Below are positions 8,637-18,440 of a stretch of 59,281 nt of DNA, one piece after another. The position numbers were made by a program, and so were the translations under genes. Numbering within the stretch: the first letter of the stretch is position 1; the number at the start of each line of letters is the position of its first letter. The DNA is taken from assembly GCA_021817905.1 (NCBI GenBank), contig JAKAFM010000004.1:1-59281 (forward strand). Reading direction: 5' to 3'. This DNA comes from a bacterium. GTDB lineage: Bacteria; Patescibacteriota; Microgenomatia; UBA12405. The notes beneath the pieces are model-generated. The model did not search any database and was not told the DNA's origin. It was given only the letters and a program-made list of their open reading frames with translations.

Positions 8637-10364
8637 TCAAGCCTGGGACTGAAGTGACCAAAAGTGACGATAAAGACCATCGGGGATGGCAAGCAGTTGG
8701 TGGTGTGAGCCGTACTCTTTTATTTGACCGTGCTCCATAACAACAATTTTTTCAGCCCGAGCAATAGTAGAAAGCCGATGGGCAATAATAAGGGTGGTTT
8801 TGTTTTTGACAGCATGCCAAAAAGCTTCCTGGATTTTTTGTTCAGAATCGGAATCAAGTTGAGAAGTCGCTTCGTCAAAAATTACTATTTCAGGATCGGA
8901 AAGAATCATTCGAGCAATAGCGAGCCGTTGCTTTTGACCACCGGAAAGTTTGACTCCTCGCTCGCCAACTTGTGTCAGATACTTTAGAGGAAGGCTAACA
9001 ATAAAGTCGTGGAGATTGGCCATTTTGGCAGCGGCTTCGATATCTTTTTGGCCGGCATTTTCCGATCCATAAGCAATATTGTAACTAATTGTGTCGTTAA
9101 ATAAAATTGGCTCCTGGGGGACTACACCCATATATGACCGCAGTTGGTCCTTGGTAAACCGTTTAATATTAGTGCCGTCTATGGTTATTTTTCCGGACGT
9201 GGGATCGTAAAAACGCATTAATAGTTTTATAAGCGTCGTTTTGCCAACCCCACTACTACCGACAAAGGCAACTGATTGACCAGGGCGGATCGTTAGATTT
9301 ATATCCTTGATAGCATTTCGTTTGCCTTCGGGGTAGGTAAAAGAAATGTTTTGAAAGTCGATTTGGCCGGTAATTGTTTTGTTTGTTACCGGATGAAGCG
9401 GATCTTTGACAACAACGTCTTCATTAAGAATGGAGAAATATCGCTCCATATCGGCATTGTGTTTGGCGACATTACGAAGATCAAAAATTACTTCAAAAAA
9501 TTTGGGGTAAAAATTACTAACAAAACCGAGAATCATAATGTATTCGCCGGCAGTAAGATTAAAACTAATGACTTTTTGGAGGCCGATTATGAGGATTAAA
9601 AATAGGCCAGCATTGGCTAAGCCACCAACGGTAATATCGATCAGACGAAACGAATTAGCATAGGCCCACAATTTTTTGTTCCAATCAACAAATTGGCTTT
9701 GAAGTCGGTGATATTCTTTACTTTCTTTGGCAAATAATTTAACGGTCTCGAAATTAATTAAGTTATCGACAATTATGTCGGAAACTTTATCTTCGGATTC
9801 GTTGAACTGGCGTCGGGTAGTAATATTACTTTTAATAAGAAATTTTGCCAGTACAAGATTAAGAGCAAAAGAAATAACCATTAAAACAGTGACTTCGATA
9901 TTAATTTGGGTAAAGAAAAACATAAGAATAAAAAACGAAAATATCGCCTTAAGAAGATTAAGATTGACCGTATGGTGGAAATCAAAAAAAGCATTATCAC
10001 CGCGTTTGAAAGCACTTATCAACGAGCCAGTACTTTTAGATAAATGAAAAGCAAAATCAAGATCCTGGACTTTTTTAAAAATTTTAAGTCGCGCGTCGAC
10101 AGAGGCTGGGATGACCACTTTGTCGCTCAACCAGCCTGAAAGTGTGTCTAAAAGCACACCAACAATGCGGATGACTATGTAGGCTACAAGTAGTGAAAAA
10201 AGTTTGCCAGCAACGGGTGTTGGTAAGTTATCAACGAATAATTTATAAAAGTATGGTTGGATGGAATCGGTAATAGTCAGCAAAAATAAGACCACCACAA
10301 AGAGGCTAAAAATTTTCTTATATTTTAGTAAAAAACCGTAGTAGGTTGCATATATTTTGAACAT
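8637..10364 (-). CDS. ABC exporter, fused permease/ATPase (probable heterodimer partner)
   Basis: GSSGVGKT, LSGGQ, IFDEATSQLD, IAHRLST. Confidence 0.92.
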   Translation of the reverse strand: MFKIYATYYGFLLKYKKIFSLFVVVLFLLTITDSIQPYFYKLFVDNLPTPVAGKLFSLLVAYIVIRIVGVLLDTLSGWLSDKVVIPASVDARLKIFKKVQDLDFAFHLSKSTGSLISAFKRGDNAFFDFHHTVNLNLLKAIFSFFILMFFFTQINIEVTVLMVISFALNLVLAKFLIKSNITTRRQFNESEDKVSDIIVDNLINFETVKLFAKESKEYHRLQSQFVDWNKKLWAYANSFRLIDITVGGLANAGLFLILIIGLQKVISFNLTAGEYIMILGFVSNFYPKFFEVIFDLRNVAKHNADMERYFSILNEDVVVKDPLHPVTNKTITGQIDFQNISFTYPEGKRNAIKDINLTIRPGQSVAFVGSSGVGKTTLIKLLMRFYDPTSGKITIDGTNIKRFTKDQLRSYMGVVPQEPILFNDTISYNIAYGSENAGQKDIEAAAKMANLHDFIVSLPLKYLTQVGERGVKLSGGQKQRLAIARMILSDPEIVIFDEATSQLDSDSEQKIQEAFWHAVKNKTTLIIAHRLSTIARAEKIVVMEHGQIKEYGSHHQLLAIPDGLYRHFWSLQSQA

Positions 10365-10419
10365 ATCGGCTTTTTATTATAGCGCCTATGGATTAAGTTA
10401 CTAGGAGGCAAAGCAAGCA

Positions 10420-11232
10420 TTGTTTGTTACAATGACATCCATGGAGTTATCGATTGCTAGCTGGGGGCTGTTGGCTCGATTGTCGAGGAGTTTGGACGCA
10501 ACTATTAGAAAAGAGGGATTACAAGGAGGGATGGATGCCTTATTGAAGAGATTTGGAGTAAAACTCCAGATTACTTATGATAGTCCGGAAGTAGTTATGG
10601 CTTTACAGTCAGCACCCTTAGTAATTGTGGCAAACCACCCGAGCGAATCAGATCCGATTGTACTTTTGGCGAGTTTAGCCAAGAGAAAAGATATTTATTT
10701 AGTGGCCAATTCTTTTTTGTTGGGAATAAGCAGTGCTTTGGATCATTACTTGTTGCCGGTATATATTGACTATCGAATCCGACAAAAAGAAAATTCTGGG
10801 TCATTCAAACTCGATATTTTAAAAAGGATTCATAAAATTCCTAGTTTTGACCGGGGTATCGAACATCAAAAAAATATTGAGACTATTCAAAAAGCTTCCG
10901 AAGAAGTAAGTCATAACGGCGTGGTAGTTATTTTCCCTGGGGCGGGAGGCGGTAGGTCGGGAAAATGGTTTTCCGGAGTTGGCTATTTGATAAAAAATAT
11001 TACACATAAGGATGCAAGAATTGTGATGGCATATATTGAAAATACTTCGGACAAAGATTATGCCAGGGTTATTCCCGGAGTGAGTAAATTACTAAAGGCT
11101 CCTAAAATTCGTTTTTCTAAACCTTTAATGGTGGCTGATTATCACAACGTTAGCGGAAAAGAAATTGCCCACACATTGGAAAAGAAATATTGGGCATGGG
11201 CTAACGAATCCACATTGCATCACCAAAACTAA
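10420..11232 (+). CDS. PlsC/LPLAT-family glycerolipid acyltransferase
   Basis: HX4D motif ANHPSESD and block III VIFPGAG. The true start may be 10432 or 10441. Confidence 0.75.
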   Translation: MFVTMTSMELSIASWGLLARLSRSLDATIRKEGLQGGMDALLKRFGVKLQITYDSPEVVMALQSAPLVIVANHPSESDPIVLLASLAKRKDIYLVANSFLLGISSALDHYLLPVYIDYRIRQKENSGSFKLDILKRIHKIPSFDRGIEHQKNIETIQKASEEVSHNGVVVIFPGAGGGRSGKWFSGVGYLIKNITHKDARIVMAYIENTSDKDYARVIPGVSKLLKAPKIRFSKPLMVADYHNVSGKEIAHTLEKKYWAWANESTLHHQN

Positions 11233-12256
11233 AGAAGCGGTAGTGGTCAATGATTGCCTGATGATAGACATTACCCAGCGGTGAGGTGTTAAATTGAGTA
11301 TATTTATTGTTGGTGTTTGGCCGGGAACATAAGGCGGAAACTAGCATTAGTAAACTTGATTGAGGAAGATGAAAATTGGTGATTAGACTATCAACTAATT
11401 TAAATTGAAATGGTGGGTAGATAAAGAGATCGGTAGTACCCGTTAATTGACCAGTAGCGGCGTAACTTTCTAAAGTTCTAGCGGTAGTTGTGCCAACAGC
11501 AACAAGACGCTGGCCGTTACTTTTTGCCTGCAATAACCGTGAGGCAACGGCAGGACTGATGTCATACCACTCATGATGTAGTTTCCCCGTCTGAAGATTT
11601 TCAGGTCGTAAAGGCTGAAAAGTTCCGAGCCCAACATGAAGGGTAATATATTCAATAGTAATCCCCTTTTTCTTAATGCTTGCCAATAGTTGGTCAGTAA
11701 AATGAAGCCCGGCGGTTGGGGCAGCAGCAGAACCATTAATTTTGGCATAAACTGTCTGATAATCACTCCGAAGCTGACTTTCAGATTGGGAACTGTGAAT
11801 ATAGGGTGGCAAGGGGGTGTGGCCAATTACGTCTAAGGTGTGGTAAAAAATAGGAGTAGTTTGGTTAAATTCGCAATCAACTTCGCCCGTAGAAAGGTTG
11901 AAGTCAGTGACTACAGCGGTAAGATTATTTTCAAAATTAAGTACCATGGTCGGCTTTAATCCAGGTCGGGCAATAGCCCGCCATTTTGAAGTAGTTAATT
12001 GTTCTAATAGTAAGAGTTCCACTTTTCCACCAGTACTCTTGGTGCCATAGATCCGGGCAGGAAAAACTTTGGTTTCGTTAAGAATAAGGACATCGTTGGG
12101 GGTAAGCTGATCTAAAAGTTCATAAAATTTTAGATGGGTAATGCTGTTGAGACGGCGATCAAAAGCCAGTAGCCGACACCGGTCGCGAGGAGTGGCGGGG
12201 GCAACGGCAATACGATCCTTCGGTAGGTGATAATCAAAATCAGCGGGTGTGAACAT
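11201..12256 (-). CDS. queA: S-adenosylmethionine:tRNA ribosyltransferase-isomerase
   Basis: DFDYHLP, NETKVFPAR, PLPPYI, YQTVYA, AAPTAGLHF, TLHVGLGTF, TNFHLP, YRFFSFGDAM. Confidence 0.97.
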   Translation of the reverse strand: MFTPADFDYHLPKDRIAVAPATPRDRCRLLAFDRRLNSITHLKFYELLDQLTPNDVLILNETKVFPARIYGTKSTGGKVELLLLEQLTTSKWRAIARPGLKPTMVLNFENNLTAVVTDFNLSTGEVDCEFNQTTPIFYHTLDVIGHTPLPPYIHSSQSESQLRSDYQTVYAKINGSAAAPTAGLHFTDQLLASIKKKGITIEYITLHVGLGTFQPLRPENLQTGKLHHEWYDISPAVASRLLQAKSNGQRLVAVGTTTARTLESYAATGQLTGTTDLFIYPPFQFKLVDSLITNFHLPQSSLLMLVSALCSRPNTNNKYTQFNTSPLGNVYHQAIIDHYRFFSFGDAMWIR

Positions 12257-14114
12257 GGCGGTTTATTTTATACCCAAAAATCCGGAAAGAGTTGATGAGT
12301 GGGAAAAAGTCGGTAACAAAATTAAAAAGTGCCGCTTCGGGTGGATTAAGATAACCAGCAAAAACAAGATATAACCCTAAGGTATTGACAATGCCCCAAA
12401 TGGTAAAGTCTTCGATAATGATATTGCGGGTAGTTTTGGCTAAAGAAATGGCGGCGTCAACCCGACTGAAATTATCATCCATAATGGCGATGTCGGCAGC
12501 TTCGATGGCCGAGTCGGTACCAATGGCTCCCATAGCAAAACTGACGTCGGCCTGGGCCAGTGAAGCGGAATCATTAACACCATCACCGATATAGGCTATT
12601 TTGTTATTGGGTGAGAGATTGTGCTCGACGAACGCCAGCTTATCTTGTGGTTTAAGATTGGCATGGACTTCGGTAATACCGGTCTTTTGAGCAATAACAT
12701 TGGCGGCAAATTCGTTATCGCCGGTTAGTAAAACAATGCGGTTAACCCCGAGAGCGGTAAGTTGTTTTAGTGTTCCGCGAACCTCTGGCTTAACTTCATC
12801 TTCGAGAGCAATAAATCCGAGCAACTTTTTATCAACAGCAATAAGGATGGCGGTAGCGGCTTGTTTCTCCCAGTCTTCAAGTATTTTAGTTTGAGTCGGA
12901 GTAATAGTAATTTTATTTTTTTGAATGTACTTTGGACTACCAGCGATGATGACATGATGATGACAAATGGCCTTGACTCCCCCACCAGGTTGTTCAATAA
13001 AATCAGTTGGTAGCGGATACCGAAGTCTAAGAAGTTCAAAATGTTTCATCACTGCCTTAGCTAAGGGATGTTCTGAAACTGACTCAGCGATGGCGGCATA
13101 ATACATGACTTTGCTTTCAGGAATGGACGCGGAAAAGGAAACGGTTTTGACAACTTTGAGTCTGGCTTTGGTAATAGTTCCTGTCTTGTCGGTAATTATG
13201 GTTTTGATTTTGGCAAGAACTTCGAGATAATTACCCCCTTTGATAATAATGCCGTTTTTGGCTGCTTGAGCGATGGCAGCCCAATAGGCAAGGGGGACAG
13301 CGACAGCGATGTCGTCGGCACAACTAACCAACAGAAAAGATATGACCAAGTTAACATTTCTGGAAATAATTAAAATCAGCACTGAGGAAATAACGGTAAT
13401 AATGATATACCAACCGGCAAATTTTTCGGCGACTGTTTGATATTTAATTTTATTATTCTGGGCAGATTCAACTAAATTTATTATTTTTTGAAAGGTGGTG
13501 TCGGCGCCAATTTTATCCGCTCGAATTAATAAGGAACCAGAGAGATTAAGGGTGGAACTAAAAACTTGGTGATTTGGACCCACAGAAATGGGTAATGATT
13601 CACCGGTCAGTGAAGATTGATCGATGTCGGCGTTACCAGAAATGACAATACCATCAACAGGAATACGATCACCGGCTTCGACGACGATCTGGTCGCCTTT
13701 TTTGACCTGATTGAGAGGAACAACTACAAATTGATTGTCTTTTTTTATTTTGACAGATTCGGGACGGAGTTTTAAAAGACTTTTAATGGTATTTTTGGCC
13801 TTTGATTCGGTATAGATTCCAAATAATCGGGCGGAGACAATCATTAAATTAATGAAAGTTGCCGAAAGCCACTCTTGATGGAGAAAGGTGGCAAATAAAG
13901 CAATGGCGGCTAATTGATTGACGGTGACTTTTTTTTGGATTATGTCACCAATAGATAGAATGACGACGGCACTGGTGGAAATAATACAGACATAGATCAG
14001 AAAAAATTGAGGGTCAAAAAAAGCAGAAGTTACTTTGAGAAGTGATGTACATAAAACAAAAATGAGAGCAATGAATAAAACAATGTTTAACTTAAGACTG
14101 TTGATAAGGTCCAC
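12240..14114 (-). CDS. P1B-type heavy-metal-translocating ATPase with a non-canonical intramembrane motif
   Basis: LTGES, DKTGT, SEHPLA, LTGDN, GDGVND. SCADD occupies the CPC position. Probable GTG start at 14114. Confidence 0.9.
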   Translation of the reverse strand: MDLINSLKLNIVLFIALIFVLCTSLLKVTSAFFDPQFFLIYVCIISTSAVVILSIGDIIQKKVTVNQLAAIALFATFLHQEWLSATFINLMIVSARLFGIYTESKAKNTIKSLLKLRPESVKIKKDNQFVVVPLNQVKKGDQIVVEAGDRIPVDGIVISGNADIDQSSLTGESLPISVGPNHQVFSSTLNLSGSLLIRADKIGADTTFQKIINLVESAQNNKIKYQTVAEKFAGWYIIITVISSVLILIISRNVNLVISFLLVSCADDIAVAVPLAYWAAIAQAAKNGIIIKGGNYLEVLAKIKTIITDKTGTITKARLKVVKTVSFSASIPESKVMYYAAIAESVSEHPLAKAVMKHFELLRLRYPLPTDFIEQPGGGVKAICHHHVIIAGSPKYIQKNKITITPTQTKILEDWEKQAATAILIAVDKKLLGFIALEDEVKPEVRGTLKQLTALGVNRIVLLTGDNEFAANVIAQKTGITEVHANLKPQDKLAFVEHNLSPNNKIAYIGDGVNDSASLAQADVSFAMGAIGTDSAIEAADIAIMDDNFSRVDAAISLAKTTRNIIIEDFTIWGIVNTLGLYLVFAGYLNPPEAALFNFVTDFFPLINSFRIFGYKINRHVHTR

Positions 14115-14115
14115 G

Positions 14116-14673
14116 TTATAAGTGTAGCGAATCGTAGACCGCAAGCCAATCGGTAGCAATTTGTCGTTGGGCTTCCGATAAAGAAAGTTTACCGGCGCAG
14201 ACTTGTTGATGGAGATAGTTTTCTAGCTTATCTTTTTGATGGAATCCGGGAACGGGAGTAGCACTTTCCGGCCAAAGATTGCTTTGATCATTAGAACCAC
14301 CAAGTTCAAGACTAATAAAGTGATCAATTTCATATTGACCTTTGGAGTGAGTAATGATGCCGTAGGCCTCATAGACAGCTTTTTTCTCCGTATCGGGAAC
14401 ATTGCGAACTTGCGAGGAGTAGCCGGGAACACAAATTTGATCAACGCCAATGTCGGGAAAAGTAGCACCGGGGGTACATTTTGGATCAGGAAGTGGACCT
14501 TTAACTTGACAGTTAGAATTTATGCTGGGGCTTGGGATTAATGTCAAAGTAGCGGACGTAGTAGTACCCAGACTCTGGCCAGGATTGCTATTTAAGTGAT
14601 TATTTAGGTAAATAATGGCAAAGATAAAGATAATGGCTATTAATAAGTGAGGAAAAAATTTTTTAAGAGACAT
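14116..14673 (-). CDS. Membrane-anchored/secreted HNH-fold protein
   Basis: N-terminal TM; YEIDHFISLELGGSNDQSNLWPE is an HNH signature; four Cys residues. Confidence 0.75.
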   Translation of the reverse strand: MSLKKFFPHLLIAIIFIFAIIYLNNHLNSNPGQSLGTTTSATLTLIPSPSINSNCQVKGPLPDPKCTPGATFPDIGVDQICVPGYSSQVRNVPDTEKKAVYEAYGIITHSKGQYEIDHFISLELGGSNDQSNLWPESATPVPGFHQKDKLENYLHQQVCAGKLSLSEAQRQIATDWLAVYDSLHL

Positions 14674-14697
14674 AAAAAAGTATAGCTCAGCTTTTTA

Positions 14698-14730
14698 TTT
14701 CAGGTAGTTTTCAGGAAAGGCTTATACTAT
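14698..14730 (+). promoter_or_regulatory. Direct-repeat box (TTTCAGG twice, 11-bp period) plus -10 TACTAT upstream of the response regulator
   Basis: TTTCAGG at 14698 and 14709; TACTAT at 14725, 10 nt after the second CAG. Confidence 0.65.
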
Positions 14731-14738
14731 AGGTGCAT

Positions 14739-15413
14739 ATGAAATTATTAGTCGTTGAGGATGAACATAAAATTGCCAATTCGATTAAGAAAGGACTGGA
14801 GCAGGAAAGCTTTGTGGTTGACGTGGCTTTTGATGGAACTGAAGGGTATGATTTGGCAAGCACCAATCCCTATGACGTCATTATTCTTGATTTGATGCTA
14901 CCGGGAATTGATGGGCTGACTATTTGTAAAAAACTGCGGGCGGAGGCTATTCACACCCCGATTTTGATTTTGACAGCCAAGGGACAACTTGATGATAAGG
15001 TGGCCGGGCTTAACAATGGGGCAGACGATTATTTAGTTAAGCCGTTCGCATTTGCGGAATTGTTGGCTAGAGTCAGAGCCTTGGGAAGGCGGCCGGCTCA
15101 TCGCGTAAATACGGTTATTCAAGTTGAAGATTTGGAACTTAACACCAATACTTTTGAGGTAAAGCGTGGAGGAAAATTAATTCCCCTGTCACGAAAAGAG
15201 TTTGGGCTGTTGGAGTATCTGATGCGGCATGTCAATACGATTATGTCAAAAGACCAAATCATTAATAATGTGTGGGATTATGAGGCCGATGTTTTGCCCA
15301 ATACGGTTGAAGTTTATATTGGCTATTTGAGAAATAAAGTCGATAAGCCATTTAAAGGTAAGACCCAACTTATTCACACAATCCGCGGCTTTGGTTATAA
15401 ACTAGGAACATAA
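14739..15413 (+). CDS. OmpR/PhoB-family response regulator
   Basis: LVVEDE, ILDLMLPG, GADDYLVKPF, winged helix IHTIRGFGY. Confidence 0.96.
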   Translation: MKLLVVEDEHKIANSIKKGLEQESFVVDVAFDGTEGYDLASTNPYDVIILDLMLPGIDGLTICKKLRAEAIHTPILILTAKGQLDDKVAGLNNGADDYLVKPFAFAELLARVRALGRRPAHRVNTVIQVEDLELNTNTFEVKRGGKLIPLSRKEFGLLEYLMRHVNTIMSKDQIINNVWDYEADVLPNTVEVYIGYLRNKVDKPFKGKTQLIHTIRGFGYKLGT

Positions 15414-15417
15414 AAGC

Positions 15418-16428
15418 ATGTTTGAATCCGCCAGAATCAAAATAACCTTGTGGTACGTGCTTATTATTATGATAATAAGCGGACTTTTTAGCGTGGCGGT
15501 TTATCAGAATTTAACTAACGAATTGGCACGAGGATTTCGGGCAATGCGACGAATTCAAGGTCAGTTAGTACCGCTTTATGATGCCGCAGACGGAACCTAT
15601 CATATCGAAAGCGACCAGGAATTATTTGACGAAGCCAGACACAGGATAGCTTTTGAGTTATTAATGACTAATCTGATTATTTTAGTGCTTTCAGGGGGAG
15701 CTAGTTATTTATTGGCTGGAATGACCTTGCAACCCATTGAACGAATGGTGGAAGACCAAAAACAATTTGTTAGTGATGCCTCACATGAATTACGGACACC
15801 CTTAACAGCCATGAAAACTGAAATTGAGGTAACTTTGAGGGATAAAAAAATTACCTTGGCGGAGGCGCGGGAAATGCTGAAGAGTAATTTGGAAGAGGTC
15901 GACAAAATGCAATCGTTGTCAAATTACCTTTTGTCGCTTACCCGATATCAAAACAAACAGTTGCCGATGACTATGGGACCTGTACAGCTTGATCGAGTAA
16001 TCGAAAAGGCAATTGCGCAGGTAAAATTGGCGGCTGGCGACAAAAAAGTGACCATTATTACTCATCTCAAAGAGATTACTATTATCGGAAATGAAATGAG
16101 CTTACGGGAACTGGTGGTTATCTTTTTGGACAATGCAATTAAATATAGCCATGAAGGAACGGAAGTTACTGTCAACACCTTTTTTGACCATAAACAAGCG
16201 GTAGTGGAAATAAGTGATTACGGTGTCGGTATTCCGGCCAAGGATTTACCCCATATTTTTGATAGATTTTATCGGGGGGAATCGTCTCGGAGTAAAATTA
16301 CAACTAACGGATACGGACTGGGATTAGCCATTGCGAAAAGTATTATCGAGCTTCACAAGGGCAGAGTTCAGGTAAAAAGTGAAGAAGAAAAAGGTACAAC
16401 TTTCCGAATTATATTGCCAATAAGATAA
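15418..16428 (+). CDS. Sensor histidine kinase
   Basis: Two TMs; H-box DASHELRTPL; LDNAIKYS; DYGVGI; GYGLGLAIAK. Confidence 0.96.
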   Translation: MFESARIKITLWYVLIIMIISGLFSVAVYQNLTNELARGFRAMRRIQGQLVPLYDAADGTYHIESDQELFDEARHRIAFELLMTNLIILVLSGGASYLLAGMTLQPIERMVEDQKQFVSDASHELRTPLTAMKTEIEVTLRDKKITLAEAREMLKSNLEEVDKMQSLSNYLLSLTRYQNKQLPMTMGPVQLDRVIEKAIAQVKLAAGDKKVTIITHLKEITIIGNEMSLRELVVIFLDNAIKYSHEGTEVTVNTFFDHKQAVVEISDYGVGIPAKDLPHIFDRFYRGESSRSKITTNGYGLGLAIAKSIIELHKGRVQVKSEEEKGTTFRIILPIR

Positions 16429-16445
16429 TTATTTTAATCATTTAT

Positions 16446-16479
16446 TATTAAGCTTGTTCTCAGATAATAAACTTACCAT
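16446..16479 (+). promoter_or_regulatory. Internal promoter: TATTAAG-N4-TTCTCAG plus -10 TACCAT
   Basis: Same 11-bp period and 10-nt spacer to the -10 box as at 14698. Confidence 0.55.
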
Positions 16480-16486
16480 TACGGTT

Positions 16487-17710
16487 ATGAAAAAGAAATG
16501 GTTTGTAGTGGTGGCAGTTATACTAGTTATTGTCGGTTATTTCTATATTAGAAGTAAAAATAATACAGCCAAGGTCAGTTATCAGACAGCTCAGGCGACA
16601 AAAGATACTCTGATCACGACGGTAAGTGCGTCGGGCAACATCACTTCGGGAAACAATATTAACATTGCCACCAACGCTTCGGGAACGATTAATCAGGTTT
16701 TTGTTAAGAATGGTGATAAGGTGGTTGCCGGCCAGAAGATAGCCACAATCACACTAGATCAGGACGCTCTGCAACGGCAAACACAAGCATGGGCCAGTTA
16801 TTTGTCAGCTAAGAATCAATTGGCGACAGCCCAGGCAAATCTTAATCAATTGCAGGCGGCGGCGTTTGCAGCTAATCAAAAATTTATTAATGATGCGGTA
16901 TCGCGAAACTTATTACCTGGAGACCCAACTTATATTCAAGAGAATGCCACTTGGTTGCAAGCTCAAGCCAACTATATTAACCAAAATGGGCAAATTGCCC
17001 AAGCTCAGGCAGCACTTCAAAGTGCCTATTACACCTATCAACAAATATCTTCGACGGTGACGGCACCTTCGGCAGGGATAGTCAGCAACCTAACGATTGC
17101 CCCGGGATCACTGGTAAGTGGAGGAACGACATCGGGTAGTAGTTCGACAGCAGCGGCTCAAGTTATAGGGACTATTGCCAAAGAGCAACAAACCCAGGCG
17201 GTAGTTGATTTATCAGAAATCGATGCAGCTAAGGTTTCCCCAAATCAAAAAGTGACTATAACTATGGATGCTTTTCCGAATCAGACTTTTACCGGAAAAG
17301 TACTGGTTATTAATACTAATGGGGCTGTCAGCTCGGGGGTAACTACCTATCCGGCAACAATACTGTTTGATACTTCGCAAAGTAATATGTATCCCAACAT
17401 GGCAGTAAATGCCAAAATTATTACGGCGGTTAAGGATAATGTTATCTTGGTTCCCTCTTCGGCAGTACAGTCTGCCAACGGATCGAGTACTGTTCGGGAA
17501 TTACAAAACGGTAAACTCGTTAATGTTCCCGTAACGCTTGGCGACGCCAATGATAGTTTAACTGAGATAGTGTCGGGGGTTAATGAAGGTGATACGGTGG
17601 TTACTAGTGTAATTAATGGGGTAACTTTAACATCGGGTACCTCAACAACTTCACCTTTTAGTGGCCTAAACCGTGGAGGACCCGGTGGCTTTAGACGGAT
17701 TGGAGGCTAA
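16487..17710 (+). CDS. MacA-like membrane fusion/adaptor protein
   Basis: N-terminal TM; lipoyl halves VFVKNGDKV and VTAPSAGIV; coiled coil; LSEIDAAKV; EIVSGVNEGD. Confidence 0.9.
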   Translation: MKKKWFVVVAVILVIVGYFYIRSKNNTAKVSYQTAQATKDTLITTVSASGNITSGNNINIATNASGTINQVFVKNGDKVVAGQKIATITLDQDALQRQTQAWASYLSAKNQLATAQANLNQLQAAAFAANQKFINDAVSRNLLPGDPTYIQENATWLQAQANYINQNGQIAQAQAALQSAYYTYQQISSTVTAPSAGIVSNLTIAPGSLVSGGTTSGSSSTAAAQVIGTIAKEQQTQAVVDLSEIDAAKVSPNQKVTITMDAFPNQTFTGKVLVINTNGAVSSGVTTYPATILFDTSQSNMYPNMAVNAKIITAVKDNVILVPSSAVQSANGSSTVRELQNGKLVNVPVTLGDANDSLTEIVSGVNEGDTVVTSVINGVTLTSGTSTTSPFSGLNRGGPGGFRRIGG

Positions 17711-17712
17711 TT

Positions 17713-18438
17713 ATGGCGAAAATTACCAAGCCGATTATAGAAACGAGCCACTTGTCAAAGATTTATAAGACCGATGATTTGGAGACAGTGGCCTTGGCTG
17801 ATGTTTCCTTTACAATCAATAAAGGTGAATTTGTAGCAATAATGGGGCCATCGGGGTCGGGTAAGTCGACCTTGATGCATATTTTGGGAGCGCTTGATAA
17901 GCCAACAAGTGGAACTTATATTTTGGATGGAGAAAACGTCGAGAAACTTGATGATGACGAGTTGGCGGATATCAGAAATAGAAAAATTGGTTTTATTTTT
18001 CAAGCCTTTAATTTGTTACCGCGGACAACAACCATGAAAAATGTGATGTTACCGATGGCTTACGCAGGCGTTCCAGTTGAAGAACGAGAGCAGACTGCCG
18101 AAAAGTTTTTGAAGATGGTCGGCTTGGGTGATCGGCTGAAACATACATCAAATCAGTTGTCGGGAGGTCAGCAACAAAGGGTAGCGATTGCCAGATCATT
18201 GGTAATGAACCCGGCATTATTGTTAGCCGATGAACCAACGGGAAATATTGCCAGTGCCCAAGCGGAAGAGATAATGGCAATTTTCCAGAAACTTAATAAT
18301 GAAGGACATACAATTGTGATGATTACTCATGAACCGGATATTGCCGAGCATGCCAAGAGGATTATTCACATTCGCGATGGCAAAATTTTTGAAGATAGTA
18401 ATAACCATCAGCAACGAAAGGTTAACCTTAAAAAATAA
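17713..18438 (+). CDS. MacB/LolD-type ABC ATP-binding protein
   Basis: GPSGSGKST, LSGGQQQR, LLADEPTGN, ITHE. Confidence 0.95.
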   Translation: MAKITKPIIETSHLSKIYKTDDLETVALADVSFTINKGEFVAIMGPSGSGKSTLMHILGALDKPTSGTYILDGENVEKLDDDELADIRNRKIGFIFQAFNLLPRTTTMKNVMLPMAYAGVPVEEREQTAEKFLKMVGLGDRLKHTSNQLSGGQQQRVAIARSLVMNPALLLADEPTGNIASAQAEEIMAIFQKLNNEGHTIVMITHEPDIAEHAKRIIHIRDGKIFEDSNNHQQRKVNLKK

Positions 18439-18440
18439 TT

